The notes under the pieces: model-generated
Seen by the model: only the letters and a program-made list of their open reading frames with translations
What the model was told of the DNA's origin: nothing
Database searches by the model: none
Program-made: the position numbers and the translations under genes
DNA from: the human T2T-CHM13v2.0 reference genome, Homo sapiens
Direction: 5' to 3' (one strand)
Length of the DNA: 64,000 bases
Assembly: GCF_009914755.1 (NCBI RefSeq)
Contig: NC_060941.1
In this document: positions 31,731-45,215 of the stretch, piece by piece
How the letters are laid out: each line of letters opens with the position of its first letter
Position numbering within the stretch: the first letter of the stretch is position 1

Positions 31731-31969
31731 TTAATAAAGCTTTTAACAGGCAAGTTGTACACGCTTCTTGTTGAGATTATTTCAACATACTTTAATTTTT
31801 ACTGTTATTGTGAATGAGATCTTGATGTTTCATTTGATCTAAATATACCTTAAGCTGTTCTTTTTTAAGATGCAGAAGTTATACTTTCAATCGAGTGATT
31901 TTTTGGAAACGTTTTCTTTCTCCCATTAAATCAAACAGATCAATGTATTTACACAGAATTATGGTCTAG

Positions 31970-32157
31970 TGCCTCAGCTTCCCAAGTAGCTGGGATTACA
32001 GGCGCCTGCCACTACGCCCGGCTAATTTTTTATATTTTTAGTAGAGACAGGGTTTCACCGTGTTAGCCAGGATGGTCTTGATCTCCTGACCTCGTGACCC
32101 GCCCGCCTCGGCCTCCTAAAGTGCTGGGATTACAGGCGTGAGCCACTGTGCCCCGCC
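31970..32157 (-). mobile_element. AluY-like element lacking its 3' third and tail
   Basis: caccgtgttagccaggatggtc...cctcgtga; starts abruptly at tgcctcagc. Confidence 0.85.
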
Positions 32158-32782
32158 AAGGCAGAGGTTCCTAACTTGAGTTCCAAGAATGAGTATCAGG
32201 AAACAGTGAACTTACAATAAGTGTATGTAAAAGTGTGGAAATGAGCATACATGCGTTTTTCTGAGGGGAAAATTTGAAATGTCATCAGATACTCTAAAAA
32301 GATCATCCCTTTTCAATTAGGCACATTCATATTCTAGCCATACTCTCATTTCAAACATATCTAAATCACTGAACAAATTTAATAAATATTTAGTGAATGA
32401 ACGTTATTAATAAATGGCTAACATTAGGTTTGACCTAAAGTGCAAAATTTTTATTTAGTAAACATTTATTGAACGTCTACCTTGGCCAAGCATCCTATTG
32501 GCTACATGAATAAAAAGGTAATGTCCCTGAGACAAAAAGCTTACCATCTAGAGGGCAGGTAGACATAATAACAAATGTATTTCAATGGGAAAATTACTAT
32601 AAGGGAATGTTTATGTTCACAGAAGGAGTACTGAATCTGCCTGAGGAATTTAGAAAAAGCTTCACAAATACAGAAGTGCTTGAGTGAAGAAAAGAATGAT
32701 GATAAAACTAGAGCCATAAGTGACCTCCCAATAATTTGCATATTCTGTAAACTTGAGATATTGCAGAGTGAGTCAGATATAG

Positions 32783-33115
<333 letters not shown>

Positions 33116-33659
33116 GTAAATTTATTTTCTAATAGAGTTTTATTATAGTTTATCAGAGTCAACTGGGAGAGGAAGGATTCTAGAAGAAAAGTGCTTGAAA
33201 AAATGGAGGCATAAGAGACTAGTGCTTGTAAAAATGGAGGCATATTCAGAGAACTATAAGTGGCTCAGTCTTACTGGAGGGTGAGGTAGGAAGGATCCTA
33301 CAGTCTGACTTGTACAAATTTAATTTACAGAAATTACAGTGGAAATACACAAATATTTATGTAAGATGGTGTCTATTGTAGCACTGTTAACAAGCTTCTC
33401 AAAACAGGAAATAACTTAATCATTATTAGCTTAATCCATCATTAGAGGACTGCTGAAAAATCTCTAATTTATTCATACAATGTAACATTTCCCAATGTTA
33501 AAAAGATTGAGTTACATCTGTTTCCAATGGCTTAGAAAGAGCCCCAAAATAGTATTAGGTTACAAAACAAGTCATAAAACAATAAGATACTATCTCATGT
33601 TTGTAAAAACAGGCAATAAAAAAATGTTTTGAGTTAGAATGTGTTTTAGTATTAGGTTG

Positions 33660-34172
33660 AGTGTGTTGACGGGTCCAATTCTTCATTCCTCTCTTTATCC
33701 CTGCCATTTGCCATGGACTTTCTAGTTTTTTCATCAGGAGTGGAATCTGTTTTCCCATTTCTTGATACTTAGTTTATCCATGTGACTTGCTTTGGCCAAT
33801 GGAACATTAGCACTTGTGCTACAAGAAGAGACTTGAAAATTCTCCATCACTGTGAGGACATCTCTGGACTAGCCTTCTGAAGGATGAAAGACAGATGGAA
33901 CAAAGTCAAGGTACTTCAGTTATCCCAGGAAAGCCCTCCCTAGGTCAGCCTTCAGCCAGCTAATTCCTTCTGCACAGGCTCAGCCAAGATCAGCAGAGCC
34001 ATCTGGTCGACCCACAGCTGACCACAGACACATAAGCAAGGCCAGCTGAGATCCCAAGTTAGCCTGGATCAGCTAAAACCTGCAGACTTATAAAATAAAT
34101 AACTGTTATTGTATGTCTCTGAGGTTTTGTGGTAATGTTATGAAGCATTATTTTAGCCCTAGATAACTGATA
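33660..34172 (+). mobile_element. MaLR LTR (old MLT1)
   Basis: atgtgacttgctttggccaatgg...gacccacagctgaccacagac...ctgaggttttgtgg...agataactgata. Confidence 0.7.
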
Positions 34173-35663
34173 GGCTATATTTGTATATAATATGTGCTTA
34201 CCAAAAATCTGGACAGATACATAACAAATTATTAACAGTGGTTACCTCTAGGAAATGGAATGGGTGGTTAACATTGTACTTCCATACACTGAAAGTATTG
34301 ATGTACCCTCTAAGAAATTGAATTGCTGTTTTTGCTTTGATCCATTTTCTCTGCTTAATGTGTTCTTAAAACACCAAAAATAGATAAGAAAATAGGTCTT
34401 GATCCTGGTAGCTGCCTAGGGCCTTAAGATTAAGTCTGAATGGTTACAGAACTAACGTTCTAAAAAGTTTGAGAATAATTGGCTTTTGTTCTTATCTATC
34501 ACGCTGATAGGTTGAACATCAGTGAATGAGACACTTAACCTCTATTTTAGCCCATTTTTCTTTATTTATAAAGCTGCAAACGGCTGATGCTGGGGGTGAG
34601 ATCATTGAGATAATGATTATGTCTATTTTGAAGAGGAACAGCCATATAAGAAACTGTTAAAAGTACCCAAAGTTCTGTATAAATGTATTATAAGCTGAAA
34701 GTGCTTAGAATAGCAATGATGATGATGATGATGATGATGGTGATGATAATTTGTTAATTTTAACCCACACTAAGAGCCAACTGCTACATGATCTATTAAT
34801 CTTCTTGAGATTGACCTAATTTGGCCTTTCAGATTATTAAAAGAGCTGAGTTATTTTATAAGTAAGTGGATTCTGATGTATGGTTATTTTATTCATTCAT
34901 GCCAACTCTCTGGGAGAAAATTTAATTATTGTTTTAATCTTTACCAAGTCTAGAAAAAAAAAAGTAACTCCAACCTATTGATTTGGTTTGATTGCTCACC
35001 CCACATTAAGCTTCAACCAATAGTTTTAACAAATGGCAAGCATTTAAAATTACTGTAGGCATCCAAAATATCAGAGAGTCTTCTCCCGTGTGAAGCATAG
35101 AACTTATTAGAGGTAGCAGGATGGGAAAATAGCATGAAACTATGTCAAGTTTGAGGGTTAAAAGTACCTGATTCCATCTCCTAATAACTATCTGACCCTA
35201 ATTTTCTTAATTTCTGTATCTTAGTTTCCTCATCCATTGAAAAGAAATAATGAATAGAAAATTCATGTTATAGAAATTAAATTCAGTTGCTTGCCACCAC
35301 CTCCCTACATCTATCCTCTAATTAATAAAAAGGCTGGTAAAGGTTCAATAAAGAATGGATATGTTATTGCTATTGACACTCTTCATGTCTCTTATGCTAT
35401 TGCTTTGACTCATTAATTTTCTCTTCCCCAGTATGCTATTATTTTCTCATGTCTGCTTAAGCAGTGATGCGAAACAAAATCTGATATAATTTAGGACAGT
35501 TTCACTATCATCCAATCCTCTTAAAGCTACAGTATGTTTGAAGGGAAACAAACCTTTGAAAATTGTATCAGTCCTACTGCACATTCGGATATTATAAGAT
35601 CCTGGTCAGAAGACAGGGTAACTTGCCAAATGTTACATCAACCGAATAGGAACAAAAATCTAG

Positions 35664-36057
<394 letters not shown>

Positions 36058-36998
36058 ATTTAGATTTTTAAGTGCTTATTCATTGGAAAACTGGAACAAT
36101 ATCCTTGTTTGTTGAATTTGGTGAGAGTTTGCTCTGACAACCTCAAACCTTCCAACCAAAAGCAACTTCATGGGCTTCTTTCCAAATTCTCTATGGTTTA
36201 CAAGCATTCTGTTGGGCTTCCCCAGTCCCACTGACACCCTTTTTTCTACATGGCAGCAGCTGTCTGTGGTGGCAGAACTCCCAAACTCTTGCTTCTGAGT
36301 TTGAGTCACCATTTGCCTCTTGGCCGGGTTGGTCTACAGACTCCATCAGAAGTCCCCGTGTTTTGTGTTCTGCTTTCAGATCCTTTGCTAATTGCTTCTT
36401 TCTTTTGAGGGGCACAAAAACTGCTTGAGCTTCCCTGCCCCAGTAGGCAGGATGTTCTCTGCTTTCAGATGTGTCAGCCCTTCCAAAATGTAGTCTTGAT
36501 CTTGGGAAAAGAAGTAATTAGCCTGATGGGGAATAAACTGCTGTTTCAGCAGTTTTCTCACTACCGGGTTTTGAAGTAATAGAGGGCCAGGCAGGTCAGA
36601 AAGAAGTTGAGTGCTGTTGAGTTTCAATGCCCCACTAAGCTCACATAGCAACTACTGGCACTCAAAGCTCATTAGTTCTAACCCAACACAGCTAATCTCC
36701 CCGAGTGATGAATCCGCTTTCATGGACACTTAGAGAGGCATTCGTTAACGTTTAACCTCAACGTGCCCTGCATGGCCTTCAAGGTCTCACAAGTTGATAT
36801 AAACTTGAAGAAAGAGTACATCAAGCACTATAATAGGAAAGATGGGCCTACTTTGTGGGGTCTTCATATAGACAAAAATTGCTCTAATTATTCCTCTTAG
36901 AAGAACTTTATCATATTGTTACAGGCAATGTTCCTCTCTTCTTGGTAACCCTAGGATTGAGGGAAGTGTGTTTACATCTGTGGATACAACTCTTTAGA

Positions 36999-37231
36999 TA
37001 GGAGTTTCTCAACCCCAACACGACTGACGTTCCAGGATGGATAATTCTTTGTTTGGGGGCTGTTCTATGCATTGTAAAATTTAGGCAGCATCTCTGGACT
37101 GAATAGATAGATGCCAGTAGCAACCTCCCTTCCCTCCACTCCCCCTCTAGGGTGTGATAACAACTGCTAGTGTCTCCAGACGTGGCCAAATGTCTCCTGG
37201 GGGCAAAACTGTCCTCTGATGAAAACCACTG
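36999..37231 (-). mobile_element. MER20 (hAT-Charlie)
   Basis: gtttctcaacc...ggataattctttg...gatgccagtagca...tgtctccagac...ggggcaaaact...aaccactg; CTTTAGA on both flanks. Confidence 0.85.
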
Positions 37232-37991
37232 CTTTAGAAAATTGCCACCAACATTTAATTTAAAAAGTGGAATACAGCAAAATAGGATCAGATAAAAAAT
37301 ATCAGACAGCATAGCATAAGAGAAGTAATTGTTTCGTGAACATGTATTTCATATTCATCTGTTTGTATGTATGTATATGCAGATAAATAACATGGATTAT
37401 GGTAAAAAAAAAAAAGTTAACAATACCGAGAGAGTATCTTGACCCTCAGAAAGCCTATTATTTATCTGTGCTATTACTAAGAGATGGGTTATAGTCTCCC
37501 ACTTAGAAATCTCTATTTCTCTTCAATATTGTATTGTATGCTTTTGTTTGGTTGTTTTAATTTAATATGGTTTTCTTTCAACAACTAATGGGCACTTTGT
37601 TTTCTACCTTATTAACACAAGTTTAGTGATTTCTGTCTACCTTAGATAATATAAAAGTATCAAAACAAAATATCATGGGTCATTCAGGAGATTAGGGAGT
37701 CTATATGCTGAAGGAAATAGCAAAATATGTGCAAAGCTGCCCAATCTTGCCATCTCTGGGCTTATTATATATTTCAGGAGACAATTATTAAGCAATGTGT
37801 ATTTAAATCTCACTTTACAGACAGATGACACAGGTCAGATGGTTAATATCAAGTCAAATTAGACAAGAAAATGGCATTTGCTGTCAGTTGGGGGCATATG
37901 CATGAACACATAAAAACTGAAACAATAAAAAAATGGCAAAATAATATTTAATGATACCAAAGCTGTTTCAAGTCAAGTCAAGCTTCATAAT

Positions 37992-38024
37992 CACACACAC
38001 ACACACACCACACACACACAGAGA

Positions 38025-38058
<34 letters not shown>
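37992..38058. repeat. Compound (CA)n microsatellite
   Basis: Seen directly. Confidence 0.95.
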
Positions 38059-38060
<2 letters not shown>

Positions 38061-39447
38061 GCAAGTACAAAAGATAACCTTTTCAGTTTTGGCCATAAGT
38101 TTGTGGTAACCATAGAACACAGAAGTGGAGCTTTATCCAGAGTGGTAAAGCTAAAACAGACAGCTAGGGTGAGTGAGAAATGCCGAATACTTAGAAAAAA
38201 AATAGAAAAGGGTCAAGATGGAAACCAAAGGCAGAAGTGAGAAGTTATACAAGCTAGGAAGTTCACAGAAGACAGAGGATGAACTAGGTCTCAAGAGTCC
38301 AGCATCTGAGACTCTAGGATCAAGCTAAAGACAAAGTGAAGCTTTCTCTATTTTTTTCTTAAATATTTCCTTTCTAGAAAAGAAAAAAACAACCCAATCT
38401 GCATTTGAAGAACTGGCCATATAGTTGTGTGGAAAGTGGGTGAAATAACAAGGAAACGACAAAGAATATGGCCAGTCTAGTTAATTTCTTGAGCAGGAAA
38501 CTGGATCAGTTAACGGAAACAAATAACGTAGTAATGGGTAAGACAAAGCCTGGATATTTGAGAGCCCACATTTGGGGGAAAATTACGAAGACAGAGGGCA
38601 GTGTCATATGGAAGAGGAAACGAAAAGGATGCAGGAAATCATTTTTAAATGTACCTGTGATCTATGGTGTTGAATATCAAATGTTGCAAAGATGTTGAGA
38701 AATGGCAGATCTGATAATGGTGGATTGCTATTGCCCCTGGAAAGAACTTTCCATAGAATTTGTGCCCTCCACACTAAGAGAGGTTTTCTGGGTGCTACAG
38801 AAAATAGATAAGAGTTAGTTTTACACGGAAAAATCTCCAATAGTTTTCTCTCGGTAAGTTTTTGCCTGTTTTCAATTGGTTGTTTTTGCCTGCTTTGTTT
38901 CCCACAGAGAGTTTTAGCAACTTGTGTCTTTTGATAGAGAATTTATTTCAGATATATCTAAAATTCATTATTGTAGAGTTATGTAATGTATGTTTTATAA
39001 TTTCTTTGTTATTTTTGGCCGTATCTAGTCTCATTGTTTTATTACTTTTTGTTCTTTTTCAAGTTTGGGGGCATGAATGCTTATTTACCCATTTTCATTC
39101 TTCCTACCTTAATATTAAAATACATAAAAATGTGAATTCATTCTATTTACATCACTGACTGTACAAACATGATAGGTATATAGTGTTATCATTTGGCTCT
39201 TACATACATGGTCTTTAGCTGCATGTTTGATTTCCTCTTTACAGGTTTTAAAAAATAGTTTTTAACCTTATATTGATTTTATTAATTTTATTTTTCCTTT
39301 GTTATTACTTGTCACTCACAGAGTATGAGTTTGTGGCCAAGTATATACACATTTTACAAATACATCACAGACTTTTGAAACGACTATTTTCTGTGTGGAT
39401 AAGTAGCCTTCTGATAGCTATTTATCACATCAAAATTAAGCCTATAT

Positions 39448-39721
39448 ATTTGAGACAGGGTCTCACTCTGTCACCCAGGCCAGAGTGCAGTGACATGATC
39501 TCGGCTCACTGCAGCCTCAAGCTCCAGGGCTCAAGCGATCCTCCTGAGTCAGCCTCCTGAGTAGCTGAGACTACAGGCACACACTACCACACCCGGCTAA
39601 TTTTTGTTTTTTTTGTAGATATGGGGTATCACCACGTTGCCCAGGGGGAGGACTCTGGTGAGCTGCCTGCCTCAGCCTCCCAAAGTGTTGGGATTACAGG
39701 TGTGCGCCATTGAGCCCGGCT
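39448..39721 (-). mobile_element. AluJ with an internal deletion
   Basis: gacagggtctcactctgtcacc...cactgcagcctc...gggctcaagcgatcctcc. Confidence 0.85.
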
Positions 39722-41645
39722 TAAGCATATTTTTGATATTTCTATATTTATTCTTGTTTTTCCAATTGCTCTGGCAAAAGTTCAAATGAATGTATTAGAA
39801 TATTCCACCAGTACTGTGGTATTTTTAAAAAATTTCTACGTGTTCTATGGATTGTATCAATATCAATTTCCTGGCTTTAATATGGTACAATAGTTATAGA
39901 AGGTGATAACATTGGGAGAGGCTGGGTGAAGGGTACATAGGAACTTTCTGCAAAATTTATTCACATTCCTACAAATCTATAATTGTTTCCAAATAAAAGT
40001 AAAAGTAAATTTTAAAAGTCACTGCTTGCATTTCTAACAGCTTTCATGTCATATATTTTGATGTTAGTGGTTATGCCATCTACTACATAAAGGTTCATAA
40101 ATATTAAGCTATAAATTATACCCTTGATTATTAAAAATAGATATTTTTGTTTTATTTAACATGTTTTACCTTGAATTTTACTTTGCCTGATGCTAATTTT
40201 GTTACCCCAGCTTGCTTTCTTTTATTTTCTTTCTTTTCTGTCTTGGAGTATGTATGTATGAGTGTGTCTGCATACTCGCAAGTCTGGTAAGTCAGCTTTG
40301 ACCATCCTACATTTTTAAACTTATTTCATATTGTTTTAGTATGTCTGTTACAAATAAGAAATAATGATCACAGATTCTTATTCCTCCTATTATGATGTAA
40401 TTTTAGTTCATTCATTTTTATTGTGATGTCTTAACTTTCTTTATACCTTAACCATATCAGGTAATTTGGACAGTTAAAAATTATTGTCCTAATTTTTTTT
40501 TCCTTAAAACTGTAATATTAGGCTAATGCTTTCTGAAATGTAATATTTCAAGGAAGACATCTAATGCCAGCATTATTTTTTTTTTCCTCTGAGGCAACCT
40601 GTTTTTGTCATCTAGATAATTGCAGGGTTTTTGTGTGCTGATGTTGTTGTTTTCCCTTGATTAAACTTTTCTCCTTGGAATCAGGATACATTTAGGCCAC
40701 TTTCATTACTTTTGCATGATACTCAGTTAACCTTTTCAAATTACAGACTGAAATCTGGAGAAAACAAATTAGAGATTTTCTCCTGTTTTCTCCCATTTCA
40801 TACTGAAACTCTATATCATAGAGGGTCAGGAAGGCAGGACATTCATTCTGATCCCTCCAATTGACTCTGTTCTTCTAAACGACTGAGTTTTATGTTTGAT
40901 CATGTTCCTTCCTGCTGACCTTACAGGGCACCAGAGGTGAATCTATATTTGTCCATATTTGGGACTGAAACAGCTTCTGTTTTTCTGAGTGCCTGTTGAA
41001 ATCTGTTCAGGGCCAGAGGAAGGGAGAAGAGAAATGTTACCCTTTTTTTTTTCTGTGATTTACTTTATCAAATTAAAAGTCAAATAAATATCCCAAGAGG
41101 AGGAGGCAGGGAGACAGCACAGGAACTGGTATGCCAAGGCTGAGACCTGAGGCTGGCTGCACTAAGCCCCCAGCTGTACTTGACATGATATCCTAGGAGA
41201 CTGGGATATCAGTCCTCCAGGCACCAACCTTGCCATCTGCAGGCCTGAATCCTGCTTGTTCAGTCCTGGCCCTTGGCGTCTCCACAGGGCAGTCTTAGAA
41301 TCTGCCCTGTGTCACTGCCCTGCAGTGCGCCCTCCCTGGGGCCCAGTATCTGAGCTCTGGGGTTTGCAGATGGTCCCTTCTGCTTCCTTCTGAGAACAAG
41401 CTTTCCTTCAGAGGCTCCTGTCCCAACTTCCCAGTTGCTGTCGCCTCAATCCAGACTTCCCTGCATTGTATCTTAGAGAATTTATGAGCTCTTTAGTAGG
41501 TAGACGGTGATTGTTCTTTTTCCGTTACTGACAGTGCTTTTTCCTTCTTGCTACTATTTCTTTGGCCATGTCACTGGGAATTGGGGGGAAGGAAACACTT
41601 AAAGCAAAAATTTTTATTGCCATATTGAACTTGGATACAACTTTA

Positions 41646-41650
<5 letters not shown>

Positions 41651-41688
<38 letters not shown>
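41651..41688. repeat. (TA)n microsatellite
   Basis: About 18 units. Confidence 0.95.
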
Positions 41689-41692
<4 letters not shown>

Positions 41693-41783
41693 GGTTGGTC
41701 TGTGATTAATTTTCATTTCCTCAAGGTTAAAAAATATATATTCTCCTCACCTGAGGATACTAGGCAGATCAGAGTAAAGTTAA

Positions 41784-42371
<588 letters not shown>

Positions 42372-43451
42372 TAAACTGATTTTTTTTCTCTCTTGCCTGC
42401 ACTAAAGACACTGAACTATGTTCCTATCTGCTATATCCACAAAATGATCCTTTAGAAAAAGGAGAGGGAGGGCATGGAGCATTAAAAAGAAAAAGAGATA
42501 GAATACCCAAGGGACACAGAGTTGATTCTGTCCAATTATACTTTTAAAATTCCCCTAATTGCTCTGTTTAATTATTGATGTGGAAAGTGTTTCCTTTTGG
42601 GGAGGGAGTTAAGTAATCAAGAGCCCTCAGGACCAAGAAGACAGACATCACCTGCTCTGGGTTTGGTAATTAAGGCATTATCCATCACCCCAGGAGCGGA
42701 GTGGACCCTGGTGGGAGAGTGAAGCCCCCCTGCTCCCCACAGCACAAAGATTGCTCACCACAAAGTGCCAAGAGCCCAGGTCTTTGGAAATGCGTCTAAG
42801 ATAACCCCACAGCCCAGCAGCTTCTAGGAAGACTGATTGATCAACAGAAAGGGAAACAAACTCTGCTCCAATGTATTCCCATTCTGCTCATTGATTTTCC
42901 TCCTTTTACAAACAAACATTTGTTCGTAGGCTTCCAACTATGGCTGCAGCGGATCTGGCTTTGTGGAGTTTAGCTCCCCTCCATTATCTGTAATTGCGTG
43001 GGGACTTCAAGTCACAAAAGGCTAATATTTAAAGTGTCAATATTCTTGGTTGCTGTTTGCTTTTTTGGGAAATGTATAATTAAAGTACAATGACCTACTG
43101 CAGATATCACGATATCACTAATAATGTTCTTATTTTTTTTTACAGCTATCAACATTCATTCTTCTTGGCCCCCAGGAATAAGCAGTGCCTCCTGGGGTGG
43201 CCAGATACATGTATACTGATCCGTGTCATCGGAAAGAAGGAGGGGATCTACTGGATTCTGATTTGGGATCCAATTCAGAATGGATCATACAGTCAGGGAA
43301 GTTATAATGCAGTATAAGTAACGAACGTCTCCATTCCTAATGTAATGTGAAGGCTGCACTGCATGGGCTCCAAAGTCCCATCTACCTCTAACCTTCTGGA
43401 CATGTGGGTCAAGGAATAAAAACTCTGGCAGGCAACAAAAAGGATGGGAAA

Positions 43452-43841
43452 TGTGACAGGCACAGAGATGTGCTACTCAGATCACCCTTCAGGAAAGGAC
43501 TTGCCTGCCATCCAGCTGTGTGACGTGTGGGCAGCCGACAGGTTTCAGCTGTTAGAGCCTTTAGGCTCCATCTCACTCTCGAGCTCATGGATTGCTCAGA
43601 GCAGAGCTTGGTCAATAGTGGAACAAGGTGGTGACACCAAGGCTTAGCCCAGTGACTCCTGTGCTGAGCGATCTTTGCTCCAGAGTTCCCCATTGGTCTG
43701 GCAGAGACTGTCAGGTCTGCATGAGGGTCTACCCAATCCAACTTCCCTCCCTTTACTTGTACAGAGTTCCCTCTCTAAGACACCTTTTGTACTTCTAACT
43801 CCCTCTTAGGATCTGCTTCCTGGAGAACCCCCATGGTGACA
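43452..43841 (+). mobile_element. Solo LTR, LTR16-like (ERVL)
   Basis: TG...CA ends; tcagatcacccttcagg...atctttgctccagagttccccattgg...tctgcttcctggagaaccc. Confidence 0.65.
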
Positions 43842-43869
43842 GAGGATGAGTTGCAAACAAAGTGGCATG

Positions 43870-44150
43870 CAATGCAGAAGAGGGTGTGATGGATCCAACC
43901 ACTGGGGGAACTGAGGAAGGTGAAGTCATGAAGGAAACTGCATTTGAGTTGACTCTGAAGATGAACAGGAGTTGAATGAGTAGGAAAGAAGAAAATAGGC
44001 ATTTCAAGCAGCGGGATGGACACATGCACAAAGGCATGTTATAAAGAGCAGGATGTGGGAGCATGGGTAATGCATGGAACCATGTGGACGTGTGCAGTGG
44101 TCGGGGTGGGGGATGAAGCGGGGAGATAAAGCTGGGAAATACGGGATCCA
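43870..44150 (-). mobile_element. L2 fragment
   Basis: catttgagttgactctgaagatgaacaggag...ggcatttcaagcag...atgcacaaaggcatg. Confidence 0.55.
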
Positions 44151-45175
44151 ACATAAACAGCTGTCACAAACACTCTATGTATATACTCCTATTGGTTTGT
44201 AGACTCTGATAAAGGGAAATGGTAGTCCTGGGAGAAGAATGAGCTGTACAAAGCAATAAAATATGTAGAATTCCATAGCATAGTATTTTTGACAGCCCTA
44301 AAACAGATATTTTACTTCTATGTAGGTGGTTTCCTTGAAAAAATAGCACCTGCTATTTGTTAAGGAGAGAATGAATTACTTGTCCCATGGTACAGTTAAA
44401 TCAATCATATCATAACACCAATCTATCATGTAAAATTCATCTCTAGGCCCATGTTTTGAGGAAAGAAAATGGCAGTTAATATTCCTATTGCTGACTACTT
44501 ATTCAAGAGAAGAAAAAGACATGTTTATGTGGTTCTAAAATAACTTCCTTAAGCCCATTATCAAATTCTAACAAGGAAGACCATCCATCCTAAGGAAGTT
44601 ATTTTATAAATCATAATTTGCTTTTATTAAAAAAAAATTACCAAACTGCATTCCAAGAAACACAGAGTCCTGTGGGTTTTTCATTAAAATGCTTTCCACT
44701 GTCATTGTAATATGGGAAACACTGTATGTGACAAATCCCATTTGACTTTTCACAGTGAATCTTAGAAGTCCACAGACTTTAAAAGTCTACTGTAAAAAAT
44801 CCATTTATGTTTGTTGAATTCATTTCCTATTCATATTTGATCACAAAATCCTCCTACCTTCACGGCTCTCAAGAAAGATATGGAAATAACACTACAGGGA
44901 AAACATTTTGTGGGTTGACTTTGAGGAATTCAAAAGCATTTCCTATCAAAACTTGCTGAACACAACCCCAAAGTCTCCTTGTAAATGTTTTAGGGTTACT
45001 CCATGAAATGAGAGGATGGCTAAGCAGGTGGGTTCTAGAGCTCCCCCCCACCCCAATTCAGTCATCATGAATTGTATTATATATTAAGAATTTGTAACAG
45101 ATGTTTAAGGAAAAAAAATGAGTTCTAGTGCTACAAATATTTGAAACCACAACAGCAATCAATCAATTTATGTAA

Positions 45176-45178
<3 letters not shown>

Positions 45179-45213
<35 letters not shown>

Positions 45214-45215
45214 AC
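45179..45215. repeat. (CA)n microsatellite
   Basis: Seen directly. Confidence 0.95.

Noticed and set aside
36076-36651. Three overlapping minus-strand ORFs resembling a frameshifted pseudogene
   Set aside because: No recognisable parent protein, poly(A) or TSD; a tblastx search would be needed to revisit.
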